Assembly: GCA_014728035.1 (NCBI GenBank)
Contig: WJMJ01000078.1
Span: 128,001-192,000 of the forward strand
Direction of reading: 5' to 3'
Origin: Promethearchaeota archaeon
Lineage (GTDB): Archaea > Asgardarchaeota > Thorarchaeia > Thorarchaeales > Thorarchaeaceae
DNA: 64,000 nucleotides
Shown here in pieces: positions 30,233 through 38,995 of this stretch. The notes under the pieces were generated by a model. It was given only the letters and a program-made list of their open reading frames with translations. It did no database searches and had not been told where the DNA came from. The position numbers and the translations under genes are program-made. The first letter of the stretch is position 1. Each line of letters starts with the position of its first letter.

Positions 30233-30622
30233 TCAAGCAGTCGAGTATTCTTGTGACTGCTCCGGCCAGTTATTCAACAAGAAGTCTCTGGTCTTCTCGT
30301 AGAATTCTTTCAGTTTTCTAAGAATCTCGTCTCGAACCTCTTCGCTTGAGATTGCATGATACACATAGTATCTACCACCACGATCAAAGAATTTTGCTTC
30401 CCTCTTGACAAGATTCTTCTTTTTCAATCTTACAATGAATCGTTGTACTGTGCTACGATCCTTGCCAATAAGGTCTGCAATAGCTTCAACAGTTTTAGGA
30501 CCAGATAACAGAGCAAAGTATGCATCTAATTCTGTACTTTTCAAATCATATGCACAACATAACAAATCAGAGGGCCTCTCGAATCGTTTCTCAAAAAGTC
30601 CCGATAGAGGGTCACGAGTCAT
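30233..30622 (-). CDS. HTH transcriptional regulator (TrmB/MarR-like archaeal family)
   Basis: CAYDL...TVEAIADLIGKDRSTVQR...GGRYYVY. Confidence 0.85.
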   Translation of the reverse strand: MTRDPLSGLFEKRFERPSDLLCCAYDLKSTELDAYFALLSGPKTVEAIADLIGKDRSTVQRFIVRLKKKNLVKREAKFFDRGGRYYVYHAISSEEVRDEILRKLKEFYEKTRDFLLNNWPEQSQEYSTA

Positions 30623-30734
30623 AGTTCATCACAGATATTTTCGCCCCATACAAATTAAGGATTGTGCAAGTGACATGCACATTCCATAACATAATACAGC
30701 CCTTCAAAAGCCAAGAATGCATTCAATGAAATAG

Positions 30735-31196
30735 GTGCTACAAATGAACTTCGATGCATTTAGAGATGGACATGGTACAACCCCTTGGGAAAATCCAGAA
30801 CGTGGAGGTAGGCATCTTCAGTCCATTAATATCGCACCACTAAAAGGCGTTCTAGAGTCAGACCCGGTGAGATCAAAATTGCTGCGACTCCTAATAGATG
30901 ATGGAGGATGGGTCACCACTACAGACCTTCTAAAAGCTGGTAGACAGGTGAGGTCAATCATGGGAGCAGTTACAGTCGGAACCATATTAACTGGTCTGAA
31001 CGAACTAGTATCGTCACGACTTATTCTTAGTAGAACTTCTATGAATTCAGGGATAGACTGGGCAGAATGGAGAATCAATCCGGACTGGTTAGAACCAACT
31101 AGAAAATTAGTTCAAATGTTGAGTAGACCAAGAATACATACATCTGAGGCGGTCATTCACGAGAAAATACAACGCCGCTTATCAGATATGGAGTAA
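30735..31196 (+). CDS. Hypothetical protein (winged-helix-like)
   Basis: 153-aa ORF; helix-helix-wing pattern ending in EWRINPDW. Confidence 0.55.
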   Translation: MLQMNFDAFRDGHGTTPWENPERGGRHLQSINIAPLKGVLESDPVRSKLLRLLIDDGGWVTTTDLLKAGRQVRSIMGAVTVGTILTGLNELVSSRLILSRTSMNSGIDWAEWRINPDWLEPTRKLVQMLSRPRIHTSEAVIHEKIQRRLSDME

Positions 31197-31277
31197 AAAT
31201 ATACTCAGTTATGAGTAATGTACTTGCATTGAGTAACATTCATAAGGAGCTTGATAACCACTATATCATGTTCTTGA

Positions 31278-31934
31278 ATGACAGTCTGGAGAAAAATTGG
31301 AATGAATGAAACAGTTCAGAAAATTGAAACGGACAATGACTCTGAAGACCAGATGGAATGGTTCGACAGCGTAAAACCAGGTATCGACAGCAAGAAAGTA
31401 GCAATTGCGGGGGTTTTTGCAGCGCTATCAATTGCATTTTCATTCATTGCTGAATATCTTCCACGACATCCTGGATGGGGAATCGCATATTTTGATCCGG
31501 TATCAATAATCTGGATTGTTTCATTTTTAATAGGAGGATTTTGGATTGGTTCGACTACAGCTATCGCTGGTACCCTAGGGCTCTTCATATTTGATCCAAC
31601 AGGTATTGGCCCAGTTTTCAAGTTTGCAGCAACCTATCCAATGATTCTTGTTCCATATCTTGGACTACTCGTTATAAAACAAGCAGATGACGGTTCTAAT
31701 CTCTCGCATTTAGGGAAGCTATCGGTTTTGATGTTCTTTGGATTGCTACTTAGACTGGCATTTATGATTCCAATGAACCTTCAAATTGTACCCTTATTTG
31801 TACCAGACCTAACTCCAGAGTATATTATTATTACAGTTATACTGCTTAACATTCTCCAGAGTGTTTGGGATACAATATTCCCATACCTAATAGTACACAA
31901 AACGGGTGTATTTGAGAATTACAGAATGTGGTGA
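31278..31934 (+). CDS. ECF transporter S-component-like membrane protein
   Basis: IAGVFAALS, FDPVSI, IGPVFKF; about 6 TM helices. Confidence 0.7.
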   Translation: MTVWRKIGMNETVQKIETDNDSEDQMEWFDSVKPGIDSKKVAIAGVFAALSIAFSFIAEYLPRHPGWGIAYFDPVSIIWIVSFLIGGFWIGSTTAIAGTLGLFIFDPTGIGPVFKFAATYPMILVPYLGLLVIKQADDGSNLSHLGKLSVLMFFGLLLRLAFMIPMNLQIVPLFVPDLTPEYIIITVILLNILQSVWDTIFPYLIVHKTGVFENYRMW

Positions 31935-32063
31935 AATCTAAGCCCTACTAACTGGTCGCGTGGTTTAGGAGGGACCTTTTCATCACAAACCGTTGTAGCC
32001 CAGTAATCTCTATATGTTATCAGAGGATAACAGATATAGATAAACTTGTGAAGGGAACAAACA

Positions 32064-32888
32064 TTGAGAAGATGCGAGTTCTGTGACTCCCCAGTAGCTG
32101 CCGATGCTGTGGTTTGTCCAGTCTGTAAAGAAGAAATTGCAGAAGAAACACTGGAAAGACTTCTGCCATTGTTGAAAAGACCGGATGAACCAGAAGTTCA
32201 GAGGATTGGGATTATCCAACGGATGTGGGGAACGATCAGACGACCTGCACCAACATATAGAGATATTGGTCAACGTCCTGACAGTGCAGGGCCATTTTTC
32301 ATAGTCATGATCAATGCGTTGATAATGGGAGTTCTTATGTTACTGATGACTTCCAGATTTACGACAACTGTACAATTATTCGACCCGATTGCCAATGCAA
32401 CGGTCCCCACTCAAGTTAGCGTGCTTACTGGGCCACAAGCCATATCATTCTGGATGGTAGGACTAGGAACCATGGTACCCAATATTCTGATAGGAATGAT
32501 CTTCTTGATTGTTGGAAGTGCTTTTGCACACATCGCAATCAAGATTCTTGGAGGAAGTGGAAAGCGCGGGCAAACGATATCGATTGTCGGGTATAGCATG
32601 ATGCCTGTTCTGCTTGTGCGTCTTATTGCAATTCTGCTTATTTTTACTACAGTGCCAACAATTGCAATAGGCACAGCTGAAACAAATGCCGCCACCGTGA
32701 TAACACAAATATACAATTCATCAGTTTGGACAACGATTGATTATTTGACGACAGGAGCATTTCTGTGGACGGGATTCCTACTCATATTTGGAATTAGAGA
32801 GGCACATAATACATCCACCCAATGGGCTGCAGTAATATCTATAGCATGTATTATTGTTCTTATTTGGACTTTCTGGCAAATGCATTAA
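32064..32888 (+). CDS. Zinc-ribbon plus Yip1-domain membrane protein
   Basis: CxxC-x10-CxxC N-terminus; Yip1 features (IRRPAPTYRDI, LGGSG, GYSMMP, GIREAH). Confidence 0.75.
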   Translation: MRRCEFCDSPVAADAVVCPVCKEEIAEETLERLLPLLKRPDEPEVQRIGIIQRMWGTIRRPAPTYRDIGQRPDSAGPFFIVMINALIMGVLMLLMTSRFTTTVQLFDPIANATVPTQVSVLTGPQAISFWMVGLGTMVPNILIGMIFLIVGSAFAHIAIKILGGSGKRGQTISIVGYSMMPVLLVRLIAILLIFTTVPTIAIGTAETNAATVITQIYNSSVWTTIDYLTTGAFLWTGFLLIFGIREAHNTSTQWAAVISIACIIVLIWTFWQMH

Positions 32889-32891
32889 CGA

Positions 32892-33815
32892 TTAGAATAC
32901 TACTCCGTATAGTGGGATAATCACAAATGCAATTAGACCGATAAGAGCTCCAATCTTATCTAGAGTGCTACCAATCAAGAGTTTCTTCTTTTCACTGGGT
33001 CCCATTAACGGTGCTATAGCTGCTCCCAGAACAACACCATCACCTAATAACAACAAAAGCCACAGATCCCAGCTTGCAAAGCCAAGTAACCAAATCAATG
33101 AATAACAAATTACCCCAACAAGGTTCAATACAGCTTGTACTCCTGCAGCTGCGCGATAGCCATAAACTCGTGCAATAGTTCTGACATCTCGTAATGCATC
33201 ACCTTCCACATCTTCAGAGCCCTTAATGGTTTCCCGGGCTTGTAATATCATGAAAGCAGTCAGAAAGAATAACCAAGAGGGAACAGGAATTACCCAGACT
33301 CCAACTTGTTCAGCATAGATAATAGAACCGTAAATAACACCAAATGCAAAAGAAAATGCAACCATGAAATTACCAGCTAATCCTAGCTCCTTCACTTTTG
33401 CTGCATAAGCATATCCTACTACTAAAAATACAATAACAATGATTGCACCAATAATTCCGTTCAACCATGCAAAAAACACACCGAGCAAACTCAGAATGAT
33501 AACATATATCCAAGCTTGGGTAACGCTTATTCTACCGCTTGGAAGTGCCCTATGCGGTCTATTTATCTTATCAATTTCTATGTCAAAGATGTCGTTAACA
33601 ACATTCCCACCAGCGGCTACAAAGAAATATGTGATATATCCATACAAAAAGACAAGCCAATTTGCACCTAATGAGCTCCATACGTTTGTCACTTGATGAG
33701 CAATTGCAATTCCAGCAAGAACCGTGAGACCTCCAATGATACAATTTTGAGGCCTAATAATAGATAAGAACGCTTTTGGATCAGTCTTTCTCTTCTGTTC
33801 TGTTGTATCAGACAT
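32892..33815 (-). CDS. Digeranylgeranylglyceryl phosphate synthase (UbiA family)
   Basis: IRPQN, NDIFDIEIDKINRPHRALPSG, RETIKGSEDVEGD. Confidence 0.88.
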   Translation of the reverse strand: MSDTTEQKRKTDPKAFLSIIRPQNCIIGGLTVLAGIAIAHQVTNVWSSLGANWLVFLYGYITYFFVAAGGNVVNDIFDIEIDKINRPHRALPSGRISVTQAWIYVIILSLLGVFFAWLNGIIGAIIVIVFLVVGYAYAAKVKELGLAGNFMVAFSFAFGVIYGSIIYAEQVGVWVIPVPSWLFFLTAFMILQARETIKGSEDVEGDALRDVRTIARVYGYRAAAGVQAVLNLVGVICYSLIWLLGFASWDLWLLLLLGDGVVLGAAIAPLMGPSEKKKLLIGSTLDKIGALIGLIAFVIIPLYGVVF

Positions 33816-33911
33816 CTAGCTCTCCTCTACACAAAGGGGGAAATTCTGATAGATAAAAGACTTTTTGAAAACCACTCAAAAAAGAAAAATCGCAACCCAA
33901 TAACTCATATT

Positions 33912-34451
33912 GTGGATAAGGATTCTAAACATGTGGGGAAAATGAATTTCGAAGACCTAAGTAAAGAAGAATTACTGAAAATTGTTGATGCCTATGCAAA
34001 AGCATGGCAAGCAATGGACGGAGCATATTTTCTAGCTCTTGAGAAGAAATATGGTATGGATGTAGCCATCGAGATGGATAAGGAGGCTTGGCGAATCTTC
34101 TCGCCAATAGAAGCAAAGCGAATTATGCGAGAATTTGATGTGGCACAAAATGGAGGTCTCGAAGCATTAGAGAAAGCCCTTGGATATCGAGTATACGCAC
34201 GACTAAATACTCAGTCATGCACCAGAAAAGATGACAAGACATTGGTTTTCAAAATGCATGAATGTCGAGTTCAAGTTGCTCGGAATAGAAAAGGATTACC
34301 TGATTTCCCTTGCAAACAAGTAGGAGAAATCGAATACGAAGAGTTCGCAAAGACTATTGACCCAAGAATCAAAACACGTTGTATATCATGCCCACCGGAC
34401 CCCCATCCAGAGGATTATTATTGTGCATGGGAGTTCACCTTGGAGGAATGA
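33912..34451 (+). CDS. DUF6125-like / V4R-related small-ligand-binding protein
   Basis: DGAYF, CRVQVAR..KG..FPC, CPPD...CAWEF. Confidence 0.7.
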   Translation: MDKDSKHVGKMNFEDLSKEELLKIVDAYAKAWQAMDGAYFLALEKKYGMDVAIEMDKEAWRIFSPIEAKRIMREFDVAQNGGLEALEKALGYRVYARLNTQSCTRKDDKTLVFKMHECRVQVARNRKGLPDFPCKQVGEIEYEEFAKTIDPRIKTRCISCPPDPHPEDYYCAWEFTLEE

Positions 34452-34455
34452 TGTC

Positions 34456-35301
34456 CTGGCAGATTTGAAATTTGGGCCAGCGGGATATCCAGCAGAAGCG
34501 AAGAATAGCGTCAAACGAGTGTTCCAGATATTATCTGATGTGGAATTAGATGCACTTGAATATGCAGCAGTATACGGTCTACGAATGGGAGAAAAGAAGG
34601 CAATCTCAATTGGAAAAGCAGCTAAATCTGCCAACATAACTATGAGTATGCATGCTCCTTACTATATTAGTCTGGCATCAAAGAAAGACGATGTTAGAGA
34701 ACGATCTCGAAATAGGCTCATCAAAGCCTTGAAATTTGCACCACTTATGGGAGTGAAAAGGATTGTATTCCATGCAGGAGGATACAGTGGAAGAGACCCC
34801 AATGAAGCTTATCAACTGATACTTGATAGTTTGCAGGAAGTGTGGTCAACAGCCGGACACCATGGAAACGGAGCTCTTCTGGCTCCAGAGATTGCAGGAA
34901 AGCTCAAAGCATTTGGTTCGGTTGATGAAATAATCAGAATTTGTGAGAATGTAGAAGGTTGCATTCCTACAATTGATTGGGCACATATGTATGCTAGAAG
35001 GCAAGGGGGAATTGCAACGAAAAAGGACTATCTTGATATCTTGGAAGTGTTTGAAGGTAGGCTGGGAGAAAAATTCACAAAGAACATGCACTTCCATGTA
35101 AGTGGGATAATTTTCACCAAAGCAGGTGAGAAGGCCCATCGCCCTTTGGATGGCAAATGGGGACCGGACATCCTTCCGCTTGTAGAGGTTATTAGAGAAG
35201 TTGGCTACAAGCCCACATTCATATCTGAAACACCAGATTCTCTAAAAGGCGCTCTGTATACCAAGTATCTATTCGAAGAATTGGAGAAAGCACAACAATG
35301 A
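34456..35301 (+). CDS. nfo: Endonuclease IV (AP endonuclease family 2); start codon uncertain
   Basis: FGPAG, SMHAPYYI, VFHAG, E..GK..FGS, IDWAH, HFH.SGI, SETP. Confidence 0.85.
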   Translation: MADLKFGPAGYPAEAKNSVKRVFQILSDVELDALEYAAVYGLRMGEKKAISIGKAAKSANITMSMHAPYYISLASKKDDVRERSRNRLIKALKFAPLMGVKRIVFHAGGYSGRDPNEAYQLILDSLQEVWSTAGHHGNGALLAPEIAGKLKAFGSVDEIIRICENVEGCIPTIDWAHMYARRQGGIATKKDYLDILEVFEGRLGEKFTKNMHFHVSGIIFTKAGEKAHRPLDGKWGPDILPLVEVIREVGYKPTFISETPDSLKGALYTKYLFEELEKAQQ

Positions 35302-36641
35302 CCGATTACGCATTCATTTTAGGAAAAAATTGGCTCTTATCATTAGCGGAACTCATATTATATTTGCAAGATCGTGATTTGATTGTTAAAGTCAGAGACC
35401 ACTCCAGAAATGTCGCTATAATAGAAATGAATCAACGACTCGACTTGGAACAGATTGTTGAGATTCAAAGTGCCCTTGGTGGGTGTTTCAAACTTGGCGA
35501 AGTAATTACGACATATGAAAAAGACCTCGTGACGGATGCGTTCCCAAGGAAAGGAAAGCCAGATAAATCCGCCAGAAAAACGATGCAGCGATGTGATTGG
35601 ACTGAGAAAATCTGGAAGAATAGACGATATAACAAAGTCAAATTTGGTGTAAGTACATATCCTATGATTGATAGAAAACCAGATGTGGATCTTAGAAAAT
35701 TCACCTATGGATTAAATCAATGGATTAAGAACAAACTCTTGGCAGATGGAATTCGAAAGGCTTCCTTTTTCATCTATGACGAACCAGACAGAAGGGATAA
35801 AAGAAGAGCTAGTGTCGCTCTTTGGCCTCACACAATTGCAAGACATGGATTGCTGGTTCCACCAAATGCTGAGATTCTAGCAACCTTTACTGATTCTAAG
35901 TTGTATCTTTCAAAGACTGTTGTAGTTTATGATTCACAATTGCAGAAATACAGAGATGAATCGAGACCTTATGTTTCAGCTGAAATAAGTACAAGTCCAA
36001 AAATATGTAGAACTCTACTAAATTTTGCAGGAGCTCGACCAGGTGAAACAGTTCTAGACCCATTCTGTGGAACAGGAACTTTGCTCATGGAGGCGATCAT
36101 GCTTGGAATTAGAGCAATCGGAATTGATGTGGACCCGGATGTTTTACAGGGTGCCCACCAGAATATAATGTGGCTAAGTAGAGACCTTGGTGAACATGTA
36201 GATTTTGAACTAATTAGAGGAGATTCTCGTCAGGTTGTGGATATTCTCCATGAACCTGTAGATTCAGTTGCTTTTGAACCCCACTTGGGCCCGGTTCTAG
36301 AAGAGAAACCAGATGCCAAAACAGCAGACGAGATAATAGAAGACCTTACTGAATTATACAACACTGTACTTAGAGGTCTCTCAGAAGTGCTAAAACCAAG
36401 AGGAAGGGTGGGAATGACCTTACCGCTAATTAAAAGCACCAAGGACATCCATTCAATCGATATATCCCGGATACTACTGGGAACTGACTTTGAAATCGGT
36501 TTGTTATTGCCAGATTCAATGTTAGATAAATCACTAGCCAGAGATAGCCGAATAGTAATCAATCCGAATCGTGATCGGCTTCCTGAAAGGAAGATGGGAC
36601 AATTGGTTCAACGCGAATTGATCATGCTTATCAAAGTATAA
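35298..36641 (+). CDS. TRM11/Trm-G10-like SAM-dependent RNA methyltransferase
   Basis: VLDPFCGTGT, GIDVD, EPHLGP. Confidence 0.75.
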   Translation: MTDYAFILGKNWLLSLAELILYLQDRDLIVKVRDHSRNVAIIEMNQRLDLEQIVEIQSALGGCFKLGEVITTYEKDLVTDAFPRKGKPDKSARKTMQRCDWTEKIWKNRRYNKVKFGVSTYPMIDRKPDVDLRKFTYGLNQWIKNKLLADGIRKASFFIYDEPDRRDKRRASVALWPHTIARHGLLVPPNAEILATFTDSKLYLSKTVVVYDSQLQKYRDESRPYVSAEISTSPKICRTLLNFAGARPGETVLDPFCGTGTLLMEAIMLGIRAIGIDVDPDVLQGAHQNIMWLSRDLGEHVDFELIRGDSRQVVDILHEPVDSVAFEPHLGPVLEEKPDAKTADEIIEDLTELYNTVLRGLSEVLKPRGRVGMTLPLIKSTKDIHSIDISRILLGTDFEIGLLLPDSMLDKSLARDSRIVINPNRDRLPERKMGQLVQRELIMLIKV

Positions 36642-36654
36642 TATCGCAAGAGAT

Positions 36655-37488
36655 TTAGAAAAGGTACCGAATGACATCATCCAAAATTGCATAGGTCTGC
36701 AATCTATCAATATCCCGTTTGACATACGGCATAGCGTATTCAAATAACATCTCACGGTATTTTGCCTTGCTTACATTACTTCGAATAACGTCAGCTAAGA
36801 TCTTCAATAATTCCTCCAAACCATTCCTCAAATGACGATATGAAACATTATATACATCCACAGAAAGAATCTCAATACCATATTCATCGATAGGAATTGA
36901 TTGTAGGAACTGATATGACTCAATAGTTGATTCTAGTCGTTTTTTAAGCTTTGATGCAATTTCTTTACGTTCATTTTGACTGATATCAACTCGAAGTATA
37001 GCTCGAATTAGATGACTGTATACCTCCAAACAATCCATTGACTTTCCCGCTACAAGGCATTCATCAGTTTCTTCGTACTGCTCAACTAACTCGTCAACAA
37101 AATAAGCAAAGTCATTAAAAGTTGTAGATACACCTTGCCATTGGTTTAGCAACGATTCAACTGTTTCATCTTTTGGCACAACTTTCCGCATGAACTCGTT
37201 CAATGCAAAATCAAGAATGAATCGCATATGAGGTAATCGTGCTCGTTTCGATACCACCATGACGAACAACAAATGCTCGTTTGCAGACCAAACATACCTG
37301 CTTTTCTCAGTGTCTATCGTCTTGAGACTCTCATTTGATGCCTTGTCAATAAATGTGTGTGTGGCAGATAGAAATGGAGCAATCAGATCCATATCAATCT
37401 CAATGTCAGTATAAGCTCTTGCAATAAGATTTCTACCAGTCGTCTTCTCTATTAGCCAGACGCCTTGGACAGAGCGCTTACTGGACAT
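36655..37488 (-). CDS. Longin-like domain protein with a helical C-terminal domain
   Basis: N-terminal beta-beta-alpha pattern VWLIEKTTGRNLIAR...DLIAPFLSA..F typical of Asgard longins. Confidence 0.6.
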   Translation of the reverse strand: MSSKRSVQGVWLIEKTTGRNLIARAYTDIEIDMDLIAPFLSATHTFIDKASNESLKTIDTEKSRYVWSANEHLLFVMVVSKRARLPHMRFILDFALNEFMRKVVPKDETVESLLNQWQGVSTTFNDFAYFVDELVEQYEETDECLVAGKSMDCLEVYSHLIRAILRVDISQNERKEIASKLKKRLESTIESYQFLQSIPIDEYGIEILSVDVYNVSYRHLRNGLEELLKILADVIRSNVSKAKYREMLFEYAMPYVKRDIDRLQTYAILDDVIRYLF

Positions 37489-37582
37489 TATTTACCTCAA
37501 GCTCCATTTGCAAATCATCTTGAACAATAATAAGGATATATATTGTGTAATCACTCTTTGGAATATTAACAAATAGAACAAA

Positions 37583-37608
37583 AGGTGAGGAGTTTTAATT
37601 CCCCACCT
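37583..37608 (-). terminator. 3' hairpin downstream of tfb
   Basis: Minus strand AGGTGGGGA...TCCTCACCT, 9-bp stem with one G-U pair, then TTTGTT. Confidence 0.5.
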
Positions 37609-37635
37609 ATCTGCACTTGAGTTAGGTACTCCACA

Positions 37636-38598
37636 TCATGTAGTGCTTAAATCTAGCTTAGCCACCATTTCTTTGTATCTATTCCGCACAGTAACCTCGG
37701 TGACACGAGCGGTCTTTGCTATTTCTAGCTGAGTACGTCGCGAACCAGTGAGAATACTGGCAACATAAATAGCAGCGGCAGCCATACCTTTTGGATCTTT
37801 TCCAATGGTCAAGCGTTCAGCTTTTGCCATCTCAAGAATGTCAATTGCTTTCTTTTTCGCTTTACCTGGAAGGTCCAAATCGCTTCCAAATCGATGCACG
37901 AAGTCAATGGGGCTTGAGTGTGGAATCTTAAGATTGAGATATCTCAGAATAAGTCGCACACACAAACTCAATTCTTTTCGAGTAATATGAATTTGGTCGC
38001 AAACCTCCTCCAAAGGTCGGGGTACTTTATGCACTCTACATGCAAGATATAGAGATGCAGCAATCATACCGAGTATAGTTCGTCCACGAGTCAATCGTTT
38101 ACGAAGGGCCTTTCTGTATAGCACAGCGGATGTCTCACGAATCGAGTATGGAATACTCAATTGTGAAGAAATTCGATGGAGCTCTGTCATCGCAACCGCA
38201 AGGTTGCGTTTGTCAGAAGAGTGCACTTTTGTGCGTATCTGCCATTTCCGTAGTCGATGTATTTGAGCTCGTCGTGTTGAAGAAAGCTTTCTTCCGGATG
38301 CGTCAACATTCTGTCTACCAATAATTGTTGTAAGACCTTGATCGAATTTACTCCAGTCGGCTGGACCTCCTACACGCTGACGTGATTTCTTTTCATCAGC
38401 AGTAAAAGCTCGCCACTCCGGACCCATATCGATTGAGTGGTCAGAAAGAACTAGTCCGCATTGGGAACAGGTGACCTCACCACGAGTAGTATCAATGTGT
38501 ACATCAGTAGAACTACAGACTGAACAGACGTAAGCCGCAGCGCTAGTGCGCTCATTGGTTGTTTTTGATTTCGATTGTCTGCTGGCCAGTCCAATCAT
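37636..38598 (-). CDS. tfb: Transcription initiation factor IIB
   Basis: Zn ribbon CSVC...CSQCG, GPEWRAF, LRKWQ, two cyclin repeats, VTEVTVRNRYKE. Confidence 0.95.
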   Translation of the reverse strand: MIGLASRQSKSKTTNERTSAAAYVCSVCSSTDVHIDTTRGEVTCSQCGLVLSDHSIDMGPEWRAFTADEKKSRQRVGGPADWSKFDQGLTTIIGRQNVDASGRKLSSTRRAQIHRLRKWQIRTKVHSSDKRNLAVAMTELHRISSQLSIPYSIRETSAVLYRKALRKRLTRGRTILGMIAASLYLACRVHKVPRPLEEVCDQIHITRKELSLCVRLILRYLNLKIPHSSPIDFVHRFGSDLDLPGKAKKKAIDILEMAKAERLTIGKDPKGMAAAAIYVASILTGSRRTQLEIAKTARVTEVTVRNRYKEMVAKLDLSTT

Positions 38599-38599
38599 C

Positions 38600-38745
38600 T
38601 CCCTCAGCTACAACGGGGGGTTTGTAGCCGTTATCAGAGCTGTCATGTTCCTTTGGGTGTCCTTCTTGGCGTAAGTGGACACTATATGGTGCACGGATGT
38701 TTGGGGAACCGTTCTCGTAAAGAGAACTAAATTACGGAACTCATA
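38600..38745 (-). promoter_or_regulatory. Structured 5' leader of tfb
   Basis: Minus-strand stems GTTCTC/GAGAAC, GTTCC/GGAAC enclosing GTGTCC/GGACAC, and GCTACAA/TTGTAGC next to the SD-like GAGGGAG. Confidence 0.45.
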
Positions 38746-38867
38746 AAACATAAATAAGCGTTTGCACGTTTTTTATTAAAATACTAAGTTTATGATTATT
38801 CTATTTAGATAGTAAAGATAACATATGAGCGTTTAACAACAATGCTCGTTTATATAATTAAATGTAT

Positions 38868-38906
38868 TTTGTAATAAACCGTTCTTTTTTGATGGTTTGT
38901 TACAAA
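38868..38906. promoter_or_regulatory. 13-bp inverted repeat in the tfb/argS divergent promoter region
   Basis: TTTGTAATAAACC-N13-GGTTTGTTACAAA with one mismatch. Confidence 0.4.
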
Positions 38907-38995
38907 CCGTAATATTTGAAATTATGATTATCTATGCACTTTTCTACAAGGAGAAGCCATCTAATTTATCTAGTCGGATAGAACCATTATGATGT

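Noticed and set aside
34357-34455. N-terminal extension of endonuclease IV (similar over-long starts in tgtA, the MFS gene, aspS and the aminotransferase)
   Set aside because: Overlaps the upstream gene or precedes the family N-terminus; downstream starts fit better
38750-38990. AT-rich region as a replication origin
   Set aside because: No ORB-like repeats and no orc1/cdc6 nearby; a divergent promoter region explains it
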